Translations under genes and position numbers: made by a program | Origin: Tubulanus polymorphus | Lineage: Eukaryota > Animalia > Nemertea | Direction of reading: 5' to 3' | Length of the DNA stretch: 64,000 nucleotides | Assembly: GCF_964204645.1 (NCBI RefSeq) | Contig: NC_134026.1 | Location: forward strand, 17,332,150 to 17,396,149 | Notes under the pieces: model-generated | What the model was told of the DNA's origin: nothing | The model's database searches: none | Seen by the model: only the letters and a program-made list of their open reading frames with translations | Shown: positions 1 to 10,745 of the stretch, piece after piece | How positions within the stretch are numbered: the stretch's first letter is position 1 | How the letters are laid out: each line of letters begins with the position of its first letter

Positions 1-427
1 ATGCATGTATAATCCATACTATCAAGGTAAAACGTCAGTAAGTATACTGAGCATGGCCACTGGATACAGTCTGCTATCGGCCGGTTGAAAGAAACCCATG
101 ATATATGCCATGGAAATTGGCCATGCAGTGCATGGGGTACAAGCTTCACATCCAAGATTCAACACGGGTGTTAGGAAGCTGTTCACAGACTGCACCTTAA
201 GGCCGACTGCTAGCTGTACCATGAGGGCCTATATAGCTAGTCTAACGATTGACCAAATGGAATAGAAAAATAATATTCACCAGCGAAGAACGAAAGTTCT
301 TGTTTATGGGACTTTTAGACTTGACAAATGTTCATAATTTTGATCCGTGAGACAATGACATAAAACATAACTTTAGCAGGGACAGCTTACAATCAGCACA
401 GTAATAAAATCAGAAGCTTCTATATAA

Positions 428-811
428 GTTCTTCAAATTTCAGGGCAGTACATACAAAACAAGGCCAGCCATTTACGATGATATCAAGTTTATCGACTGA
501 ATGTGACTTTCAATAGTTTCATGGCAGGATATATTTTGATAGTAAAGAAATTCAAGCCAAAGCTTACAAGAAACAATTTAAAACGTGGCTACACGTCTTA
601 ACATGATCTTTTCAACAAATCAAGTATGGTTCTTCAAATTTCAGGGCAGTACATACAAAACAAGGCCAGCCATTTACGATGATATCAAGTTTATCGACTG
701 AATGTGACTTTCAATAGTTTCATGGCAGGATATATTTTGATAGTAAAGAAATTTAAGCCAAAGCTTACAAGAAATTTAAAACGTGGCTACACGGCTTAGT
801 GTGATCTTTTC
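428..811. repeat. Tandem direct duplication, period 201 bp (2 copies)
   Basis: gttcttcaaatttcagggcagtacatac... starts at 428 and again at 629; near-identical over ~185 bp. Confidence 0.95.
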
Positions 812-830
812 CAAGTCCATAATAAATCAG

Positions 831-1320
831 TTACCTTGAAAACTGGAGCTTGTTTGGCAAGGGCATTGCCTATGAAAAATACTTTTAATTCTTTAGTTCA
901 AAGTTCAATGTTATATTGTATTTCATCTTTTTCAAAGAATTAATTCATTGAAATAAGGCCAAAAATATACATTTGTTAACGGTCTATGTCCAAAATTTAG
1001 TAGCATAGAGGTAGGTAAGGGAAACTATTTTATATTTTGAAAAAATGTTTTTATAATACAAAATGTTTAGAAAAAATCATATGATATCACCAATCCAAAG
1101 GTGGCTGAATATTGAAATCTTCCAATATATGACTGTGGACGTATCGTAAAAAAACCAGTACCGTAAAATATTGGCGCATGTAAGTGGATCACTACTAAAA
1201 TATTGAACTCAACTTATACGCCAGAAAACAATGGTTTGCTGCTTAGTATTTTCAGGTCACAAGAAATTACAATTTATTACAAACCCTACCAAACAGAAAA
1301 CAGTGCTCATCTTCTGCTAT
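831..1320 (+). repeat. Interspersed repeat family A (unclassified), partial copy
   Basis: ttaccttgaaa...agggcattgc...ggtggctgaat...tttgctgcttagtattttcaggtcacaagaaattac shared with 7069-8105; 5' part also shared with 24522-25096. Confidence 0.8.
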
Positions 1321-1366
1321 AATAGTTTAAATGATTATTTTTGATAAATTATGATTACTTTATTAA

Positions 1367-1950
1367 AACAAGAGCCCCAATGGGGGCACAATGGCCAGTC
1401 TGTCAGCTTTACATAAAATGGCAAATGATGCATTCTGTGGGTTAAATTTGTCCTAATACACTCCCAGCTCAGTAGACTAGTCAATCCCAGGCTAATAATT
1501 TACACAATTCAATCATGTTTTCATAAGTAGCACAGACAGCGATTGGAGCTGCCAGGATCAAATACCTCAGATAAATCTTTACCCTTGGTCCTATTGATTT
1601 GAATGCGGAATAGAATTGAATTTTCTGAAATTTGCTCAATAAAACAAAATTGATTTGGACTTGCTGTTTTACCTTGTTCAATAAAGTAAAATTGAATTGG
1701 ATTAGATGTTTTTTTGCAGAATAAAATTTGATTGAATTTGCAGTTTGAGCACATGGCTAATTAATTAGCATATCAAGGTCATCCATCCGATTTGAGAAAA
1801 AGATATTTTTCCTGGACTTACTGCACAATTGTCAATGATATTTTCTGTAGTGCAAATAAAAATATTCCTCCCAGAAAAAACCAAATCAACTAAAGATCCC
1901 AGAAATCGATATCGAAATACAATTTTAGATCTTAAAATAAAACCTGGAAC
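1367..1950 (+). mobile_element. HINE/Helentron-like non-autonomous element, family C
   Basis: 5' aacaagagcccca..ggcacaatggccag and the 1716-1950 block both match 28650-29970. Confidence 0.6.
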
Positions 1951-2042
1951 ACCTGCTGATCTCTGCGGCTAAGCCAATCATAGAGGAGTCTTTGCTTTCC
2001 GACCGTCTTTTTAAAACAGATATTTTTGCCATCGGCTGGCCT

Positions 2043-2722
2043 AAAAACTAGAATGTCGTTGAAGATGACTGATGCCCCCACATCAGGTGAAACACCTGAG
2101 TGTAAAATGCAGCCCGAGCATATGTCGACCTATTTATGAAGGCAGATGAAAAATTCAAAATGGCTTCTGATGACCTTGACCTTTGACCTACAAGACTCGA
2201 AATTTAATCAGTCCCTAATGGTCTCTAGGGTAACCAATCCATACAATTTCACAACGTAATCGTATACTATTAATGAATTAAGAGCCCAGAAATTAAAATA
2301 CAAAACAGCTCCTGGTCACCTTGACTTTTGACCTACAGGACATGAAATGTAATCAGTTACTCACGGTCTCTAGGATAACCCATCCAAAAAATGTCACCAA
2401 AATAACTTAAACCGCCTAAGAGATAGAGCCCGGATATGAAAAATACATAACAGCTTCATGTAAGCTCAACCTTTGACCAACAGGACCCGAAATCTAATCA
2501 GGTACCCACGGTTTCTAGGATAACCCATCCATAGAATATCAGTAAGTTATCTTAAACCGTTTATGAGTTAGAGCCCGGAAATGAAATTCACAAAATGGCT
2601 TCCTGCGACCTTGACCTTAGACCTACAGGACCTGAAATGGAAATGAAATCAGTTACCCAGTTCCTAGAGTAACCTATCCATAGAATTTCAGTAAGTTATC
2701 TTCTACCGTTTATGAGTTACAG
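2043..2722 (+). mobile_element. HINE/pearl-like element with ~145-bp internal tandem array, interrupted by a LINE
   Basis: 5' aaaactagaatgtc...gatgccccc; gaccttgacctttgacc-type motif recurs at ~2172, 2317, 2464, 2608. Confidence 0.65.
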
Positions 2723-2796
2723 CATCTGCAATAAGTACAGAAGACGGTAGATCACGGTAGATAGAATATTGAATATTGAAATAAGTACCATAGATC

Positions 2797-4043
2797 ACCA
2801 TAGATCACGGTATTCTATTGAATAGATTACAGAATCGGTATGGAGTGAAAGATGTTCCTTTAGAATGGTTTAGGTCATATTTAGAAAATAGGTATCAGCG
2901 TGTTGTGATTGACAGATCGTCATCTCAAAATGTTAAACTCATGTGTGGTGTACCTCAGGGGAGTGTACTAGGCCCTACACTTTTCAGTTTATATCTTCCA
3001 CCAATCGAAGAAATTATTATTAAACATAAACTCGACTTAATGTTATATGCCGATGATACCCAGATTTATTTCTTCTGCAAGAGTTGTGCAGCTTCTAAAT
3101 CAAGAGTTGAGAAGTGTGTTGACGAAATAAAGGAATGGTTGAAGTGCAATAGACTTGTTTTTAATGATAGTAAGACAGAGGTTATACATTTTACGTCAAA
3201 ATTTCGTAAGGGAGACAAGCTATCAAGTATTAGGATAGGAGATGACAGTATAGCTACTTGTCAGTCAGTCAGAGATCTTGGCTTTATTTCGATCATAATT
3301 TTACCATGTCTTGTCATATATCTTACGTCTGTAGATCGATTTCTTACTCCCTGCATCGCATTGGTAAAATACGCAAGTTTTTAGATCGCACTAGCACCGA
3401 AAGATTGATTCACGCTTTTATAACTTCCAAATTAGATTACTGTAATAGTCTTCTCTACGGTCTTCCGAATTGTTATATTTCTCACCTACAAATGCTTCAA
3501 AATTCTGCCGCACGCCTAGTCACTCTAACTAAGAAGCACGAGCATATCACTCCTATACTGTATGAACTACATTGGCTCCCTGTTCAATCGCGCATTGAAT
3601 ACAAAATTCTCCTGTTAACTTTTAAAATTTTGCATGACCAAGCACCAGCCTATCTTTCGTCTGTTTTAACCACTCTTACACCTTCCAGACACACGCGCTC
3701 GACCGTGGCAACTAAATTATTTGAACCGAGATACCGCCAAGAATTTTATGGCTCTCGAGCTTTTGCGGTGGTAGCCCCCGCCTTTGGAATGCTTTGCCAC
3801 AGTCGATGCGCGATTTATCTTCCCTTAATAGTTTTACCTCGCAATTGAAAACGCACCTATTTAATCAGCACTACAAATGATTTTACTTGTAGCAACCGTT
3901 TGAAATTAAATATCTATTTTATTGGGTAATATTTTATATATCTGTCAATTGTCTTATGTTTTTGTCAATTTGTAAAGTCTGTTGAGATATTTTATGTAAC
4001 GGACTGTAAATAAATATTATTATTATTATTATTATTATTATTA
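2797..4043 (+). mobile_element. 5'-truncated LINE (L2/CR1 group) with frameshifted RT ORF2 and (TTA)n tail
   Basis: TIDHGILLNRL, GVPQGSVLGPTLFSLY, YADDTQIY, AFITSKLDYCNSLL, LHWLPV..RIEYKILLL across ORFs 2818-3384 and 3258-3848; aataaa then (tta)n at ~4009-4043. Confidence 0.95.
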
Positions 4044-4556
4044 AGACAGCGTATCAATTATAAGTTCAAAACATGCCATTTTGACTAGAAACTGGGTCAT
4101 AAGTCGGACATCTTGAATCGGAGAATTTCCCAGAACAATACAGTTCCTTTTCATATTATTACAAATACCATAAAAATTTCATGAAATTATCTCAAATGGA
4201 TTTTCGAGTTACTGTGTAAAAGGGCAGTTCCTGCATTGAAAGTGGATGGTGTCGACCATACTGAATCGGTGAAGTCCCCAAAAAAATGAAGTTTCACATC
4301 ATACTATCATACATATCTCATATAATTTTCATGAAATATTCTCTTACGATTTTTGAGTTATCATGTACACTGGCAATTCATGTGTCAAAAATAGGTCATT
4401 ATTCGGCCATCATGAATCGTAGATTCCCAAAAGAGTTCTTCAGCATACTTTCATCCACATACCATAAAAATTTCACGAAATTATCTCAAATGGTTTTTGA
4501 GTCGGCGTGTCCACGGGAAGTTCCAGTGTCGACAGTAGGTCTTAAGTCGGCCATGT
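4044..4556 (+). repeat. ~149-bp tandem array of HINE type (3-4 units)
   Basis: gtcggccatc(t)tgaatcg-like motif at ~4102, 4251, 4403, 4547 with shared aaatttcatgaaattatctcaaatgg-like blocks. Confidence 0.7.
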
Positions 4557-4974
4557 AGAAAGAGGTCAGTAAATAGGAAATGAAAAAACAGTACGCAGTG
4601 AAACAAGCACTGGACATTCAACCTGATAATGGTAACAATTCAAAGACAAGTGAAATCTATAGTGAATGCCGATCACACAGCCTTATAAATGCTGGTACAA
4701 ATTGAATAACAAATCGATTCTCAACCCCAAATTAAAGATTCGATTCGGCTAATCAAAACATTTATTCAAATGAATTCTCAAATGGAATTTTCAAATGGAT
4801 AGATCAAGTAAATCTGTCGTTTTGTCAAACTGACTTGAGTATACATGTATTTACATGGATAGATAAGATGGCAGGGAAGAAAATTTATATTGTGAAAAAA
4901 TTATTTTTTACATCTATAACTAATTCATAAATTACAGGCAAATTATCTAAACCAATAAAATATCGATTATGATT

Positions 4975-5870
4975 GAAGGAATATGGGACTTGAGTGAAAA
5001 GTAGTTCCTAATTTTGAAAGAAGTAAGGACAATACGAATATCCACGTTGTAATATTGTTTGAATAGACTCTTGAGTTTTCTGCTTAATACAATCGAAGGG
5101 AGGCCTATGTAATGAACGAAAAAAAGTGTTTCGACCTTATCTTCCCTGACCATACTAGCGGGAGTATCATCACTACATTTGCTATTCAAAAATCTTCTTA
5201 GACACGAATTAAACAAATCTTGTGGGTAGCCATTTTTGTGGAAAACGTTTTTTAGGAAATCAATTTCTTGTGAGAAAAAAAACCAACTACTGCTTATGGT
5301 ATATGCTCTATGGAGCAGACATTGGATTAAGCCAAATGTCCATTTTTGAGGACACATAGCTGAAAAGTTTAGAATCTAGCTAGTGTAAGTTGATTTTCTA
5401 AATACCTGAGAAGTGAAAGTACCATCATCCGTTGTTGGGAGTGAAATATCATCGCCTTCAGCAATTAGGGAACATTTAACATCATGTAAACATTGTGCAT
5501 CAAATTTTTCTTTAAAAAACAACTTTACAATCAATGATTCTGGAAAAAATGACTTTGAAATCACCATCAAAGAGGCATTATATATAAAATCCAAAAAACC
5601 AAGTATTAACAAACAACTTTCCACACATGGTGTCTCATTTTTACTGAACGTATTTTGATATGTTTATAATCCATTTGTACTTTGTAAACTAGGCCACTTC
5701 ACGCCTGCATGATATTCTCTGTAATTAGTAACAGTATACTATGCATAGTTTGTATCTTTTCATGTCATTTCTTGAAAAGGACTCGAAGAGATGAGTCGAA
5801 ATCGATCGAAACGTTTGAACATGTAAATCAACTCATTATCATCATGAAGATTGTGATAGTTGCGCTTTTA
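4975..5870. mobile_element. Penelope-like retroelement fragment with 5' inversion
   Basis: Minus 5445-4975: VFRKSTYT..NFSAMCP..GLIQCLLHRAYTISS..NGYP..YIG..FKIRNYFSLK (RT thumb/linker); plus 5455-5658: SAIREHL..ITIKEALYIKSKKPSINKQ (GIY-YIG C-terminus). Confidence 0.9.
5761..5823 (+). ncRNA. Minimal type I hammerhead-like motif of Penelope pLTR (UUGANAA variant)
   Basis: catgtca..TTGAAAA g gactc-gaagagat-gagtc GAAA(tcgatcgaaa)CGTT tgaacatg; stems I and II can pair. Confidence 0.5.
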
Positions 5871-6340
5871 TTATTATTTAATTCCTAACAGTTTAGCTAA
5901 TGGTTCTTTCACTAAAAATCTATGTTCTACATCATTAGCTAACTTTATTCTCACTTAATTATTATCATCACCTTTAATAAATTCAATTTGAAATCCAACA
6001 GTACTCCCCATCTTTGTCCGAGCTCTTCTATTAATTTCTTGCACTAATGTTTCTAAATTATTTCATCCTGGTTTTAAATATAGATGAAACCATTTATCCA
6101 TATTCCTAATATAAATTAAAACGGCTCTATGATCAGCAGTTTTATCCCATATATCAAAAAAAGAATAAGATAAACTTGTATTAATTTTAAATCTACACAA
6201 TTTCTAAATTCTCTATCTAATTGTATTAGTAAATTATGAGATTAATGTTTTTTTTTTCTAGAATCAACATATATTCTATATTCTTTTAAGTTATCTTGCA
6301 TTTATTTTACAGATTTTTACAAATTTTTCAAATCTATATA

Positions 6341-8389
6341 CAGGGTGTCCCATTAATTACTATACATGAAGAACTGCCTATATCCTCCAAATTTCTAAAT
6401 GAAATGTTTCGCTTTTCGACCAAAGGATAGAATGTAACGGTAATTTTTGATTATTATCGTGGTTGCTATGGTAATTTGCTCAGAGATTTCCTAGCAACTG
6501 ATTACATCGTTGTAGGGATTTTGTGTAATTCTGATTTAGAATAGATCACCGTTAAATCGTGTCTATGTCTCTGAAACAAAAAGCTTAGATGGTATGCTGG
6601 TTTTAGGAAACCAAATCTTTCTGCCAGTCAGAACCACAGATTTTCGGGTTAAAAATCCCTACTTGATTGCAGAGAAGCCACTTAATCAATGTCATCAAGT
6701 GAGCAGTCTGTTGTCTGCGAGGTGTGATCTTTGGATTCGCCATACAGTAGGTCCAGCCAGTGGGCCTATAATAGGGCCATACTTTTTTGACAAAAAAGGA
6801 AATGCTAACTATGAATGGAGCCGGGTATCATAAGATGCTGATTCAGTAATCCATTACAAAACTTCATAGATGCCTAAAAAAGGAAGTCTCAATGCAGTGT
6901 GGTGCGCAATGTCTTTCAGCACGCAAAACAATTGATGTTCTGCATAGGCATTTCAGTGACAGAATCTCAGCGCTCCAAACTGTTAACGACTGGGCCCCAT
7001 ACTCGCCTGACCTAAATCCACGGGATTTTTACTTGTGGGGCTAGCTGAATGACAGTGTACCAAATAAATTGCCCATGGGCAAAGTGTGGTTTACCTTGAA
7101 AGCTAGAGGTTGTTTGGAGTAAGGGCATTGCTTGAAAAATCTTTTTAATTCGTGACTTCATTCGTGACTTCACAAAGTTTATATTGTATTTTACCTTTCA
7201 TAAAGAATTATTTTGTAGTCAAATAAGACCAAAGATAAACATTTGTTTATGGTCTCCGTCCAAAATTTCGTAGGGTACAGGTAGGCGCGGCATTGGAAAC
7301 TATTTTATATTTTCAAAGACATATTTTTCACAATATGAAAAAATATTCGAATAAAATTCATATGATGTCACATATCAGAGGGTGGCTGAATAGAGTCTTG
7401 GAAACGAATCCTTTTCCAATGTATGGCCGAGGAAGCTAAAACCAGGGTGTAGTTATTAGATCGTTTTAAATCCTGCAATTTCCACTACAATATTCAGACC
7501 TCGCCCTATACCTATAGTTTGCTGCTTAGTATTTTCAGGTCACAAGAAATTACAATTTATTACAAATTCTATCAAACAGAAAACACAGCACTCATCTGCT
7601 ACAACGATTATTGAGCCTGTTATCATACCAAACGTACATGCGCCAAGCAGGGTTACAGCATCACCATGTAGAAGTTTGTATGAGCGTGTGTTTGTGTGCA
7701 CAATAGTCTAATGTTAGCACTCCAGCGCACGTGGAGGCCTTGACGTATAGTGAACGTTCGCTTCACTTCAATCTCAATCAACACATTCACCGGGTAGTTA
7801 AATGAAACAATACCTATGGCGATATGTGAAATGATTATATTCTCACCAGCAATGAGCATTTAAAATTCGCACATGTACGGCACCTAGTCCAATGAAACTT
7901 TCGCCATTAATGGCTTTCCCATAATTATTTTAGTAGCGCCGGAATTCCCCGTATATCCCAAAAACAGCCAATCACATTCGCTCGAAGAGACGATGCCTCA
8001 AAATCGAAGTCATTGCAATTTTTTACGCAACAGCTAAGAATTTTCCCGCCAAAAACAGTTTTTCGTCGAATTTAAACAAAGTTGACCATGATAAAAATAG
8101 ATAAACCAAAAAACCAGAAACTATTGATGATTTCAAGACAAACATCTGCGATAACACAGATGATTGTCAATGTACTGAGAAATTTCAACAATAGACTGAA
8201 TCATGTGATAAAATTGAAAGGTTCTCCCATCAAGCATATTTGGTAAACGAATTGGATTTTAGTAAAGTAATTTTTTGTGGTGAAAAGTATTATTGTAGTC
8301 TATCTCTCCTGAAGATTTGGCTGATTTACCTCAAGCAGTTTGAAAATGACAGGCAGTTCTTTATGTATAGTAATTAATGGGACACCCTG
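6341..8389 (+). mobile_element. Tc1/mariner DNA transposon, maT/DD37D-like, defective
   Basis: 38-bp TIRs cagggtgtcccattaattactatacat(g/a)aagaactgcc; TA on both sides; remnants IIGPYFFD (~6770), WAPYSPDLNPRDFYLWG (~6990-7040), KPETIDDFK..NFNNRLNHVIKLKG (~8110-8245). Confidence 0.92.
7069..8105 (+). repeat. Family A repeat nested inside the maT transposase
   Basis: Begins with palindromic ttgcccatgggcaa; separates the ..SVY and KPETI transposase remnants; matches 831-1320 and 24522-25096. Confidence 0.75.
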
Positions 8390-8556
8390 TAATAGTTCAC
8401 TTTTTCATCTTTACTTTTATTACATCAAAAAGAGCTAAGATCAAAAAGAAATATTTACAAAATTTATTTTAATTCAATATCTCACTACTTTTATATCTAT
8501 GTGGTGCAATATTTAATTTTTTTCAGTTACTTTATATTCTTTTTAATTATTACATA

Positions 8557-8930
8557 TCATTCAGGTTCAATAAATTCTATTATATGACACCCATCTTCAT
8601 CTTTTCCATTATATTTCAAATAAACATTATCATTACTTAAATCAACTGATTCTTCATCTGAAAATTGAATACATGTATATGTTTCAGGTAATATAGTTCT
8701 GCATTTATGCACGCTATTAAATACTTCATAACTTAAATGCCCACCTATTCTTTTCCCGTATTTAGTTTCAATTTTTTCTAGTTCATCAATATGATATTCA
8801 TCATCTTCTGATAATTCATTTAATTTTCTAAATGTAAATTCTAATTTTCTAAGACGAATCTTGCATTTAATTTATTCAATTTCTTTGAGAATATTTCTTT
8901 GCTTTTTCCTTTGGTTTGTTTACTCTGCAT
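8557..8930 (-). pseudogene. Small Polinton/Maverick-associated-type protein (TKYG motif), one frameshift
   Basis: MQSKQTKGKSKEIFSKKLNKLNARF / RKLEFTFRKLNELSEDDEYHIDELEKIETKYGKRIGGHL..TILPETY..LKYNGKDEDGCHIIEFIEPE*; ~100 uninterrupted codons in very AT-rich DNA. Confidence 0.5.
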
Positions 8931-9104
8931 TTATGTAGAAGGAATTTACCAAATGTATTTACCTTCCCTACCACATTTCTACCTGATATATTTTACCTAC
9001 CTTACCTCATGCATGTCTACCTAAATATTTTTCAATCGAATTATATTTATCAAATTCAATACAACATTTACGAATTATTGACATTTTATTTTGAATTTTA
9101 AAAC

Positions 9105-9560
9105 AAAACATAGCTGCAAAGCAGCGATAAAGGGTTTTCTACACATCCTTGATCGTATTCTTGATGTGTACACTGATGCAGCCGACCAAACAATAAAACT
9201 GAAGGGAATTCAGAATCCTGTTGAACCGTCAACTCGGCTTTATAAAAGGACCGTTGACAAACAGTCAATTAGGCCTACTTTGAAACCATGGATGACAGGA
9301 CCAGTTGGTTATTTGACTATGGAAAATCGACTGTGAGGCCTTGTCATTATGGATTTCAAAAACCATTTGATAAGGTTAAACAACAGTGGTTTCTAAACAA
9401 GTTATTCGAATACGGTATCAATGGTAGCCAAATTCAACGGAACTGTCTCATCTTGGGAATAAATCAGTCTGACTAGTGGAGTTACGCCAGGTAGTATCCT
9501 AAGTCGTCTTCTCTTCACTGTCTTGATAGATGATATACAGAGTAATCCAAAATTTACCGG
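9105..9560 (+). mobile_element. Repeat with HINE-like 5' end carrying a decayed CR1-type RT fragment
   Basis: atagctgcaaagcagcgata start; DFQKPFDKV..KLFEYGING and TSGVTPGSILSRLLF..IDDI remnants; second copy at 27517-27822. Confidence 0.6.
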
Positions 9561-9659
9561 ACAGAGTATATTTCCAAAAGGACCTACACAAGCTGTGTTC
9601 TATTCATGGTCAGAAAACCCAGGTTCAGATTATACCTTTGTGTTCAATGAGAAGATTAT

Positions 9660-10110
9660 TTGGTTTGAATAAAGATTACTCAATATAACGAAAAAACTAT
9701 TTAGTTCCACCAAAATTTTGCTCTTAGGAACAAAAAAAGCATCCATCGAACAATATATCTGTTCGAACAAAAAACTACATGTTGTGAAGAAAATCTTGTT
9801 CGAATGAAAACCATTCTGTATGACCGAACAATACGCTTATGTTTTTGAACGCATACTTTTCTTCGTTCTGACAAAAAAAATTTGTTGAGCTAAAACAATT
9901 TCGTTTGAACGAATGTTCAAACAATTATTCGAACGAAAAACCTTCTGTTTGAACAAAATAAAGTTTGTTCGAACGAAAACAACTTTGATCTAACAAGTTT
10001 TTCAAATTGGTTCAATGGAGGGAAATGCTATTGGTTCGAAAACAAAAACAAAACACATTTTGACCCGACAAAAGCATTTGTTCAAATGAAAAGATGTTCA
10101 AACGAAGAAC
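9660..10110. repeat. Degenerate array of short ttcgaac(g/a)aaaa / tttgttc motifs
   Basis: Many imperfect copies; resembles subterminal repeats of a MITE. Confidence 0.5.
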
Positions 10111-10544
10111 GGATCTTTTTCATCTTGGGCTATGTAGAAACTAAAGTCATCAGGAATTAAAAAAATACCAATTTCGTTAATGATGAAAAAACCCTGGTAT
10201 ATAAAGCTGCCTGCTCAGACGAACGCTTACAGAGCTTAAAAAACAAAATCTTGTAACATATGTAGGCCTACGTATGCACGACAGGCGTAGGCATACATGC
10301 GTATGCTTGGGCCTGATAGAAGGTGATTAGGCCTTTTGCTATTAAACCCTCCTAAACATCATATTCCTAAACCTTATTTACCAGGTGCAGGTCTCTGGTG
10401 TATTGGATTCATAAAATCAATTTCATTTTTCGGATTATGAAAAAACAAATCTCTCGTTGCTGGATTTTTATAGCAAATTTTTTTTGAAGTTCAATCCATG
10501 TGTCCGTAAATAATCACAGCTTGTTTGAAAAGATAAAGCACAGT

Positions 10545-10745
10545 AGGCCTAAAGGTCGCGTACAACTCAATGAACACTAAAATGAAGCATGAGTCCCAGC
10601 TTACGGATAAGAATGTGTTATATACAGTTATTTTGTCAATATCCTGTGGATTTGGTAGGATCGGTATGTACTGTAGGGAAAAAATAAGAATATTGATAAA
10701 TGGTTGAATCCTGTGGCCGAATCACTGGTAGTAATAAATTCATTT
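10545..10745 (+). repeat. Interspersed repeat related to 31045-31500
   Basis: taggcctaaag.., tgtgttatatac, gatcggtatgtac.gtagg and aatcactggtagtaataaatt are shared. Confidence 0.55.

Larger units (their letters stand above)
4885..6301 (-). pseudogene. Decayed Polinton/Maverick-like minor capsid (penton)-like gene, split by the Penelope insertion (coding parts 6301-5880 and 4974-4885)
   Basis: Hand translation: MQDNLKEYRIYVDSRKKKH*SHNLLIQLDREFRNCVDLKL / SYSFFDIW..LKPG*NNLETLVQEIN..PLAKLLGI + NHNRYFIGLDNLPVIYELVI..*; IxVDSR, PGxxxLxxL, KLLG and PxxYELxI resemble penton motifs. Confidence 0.55.
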
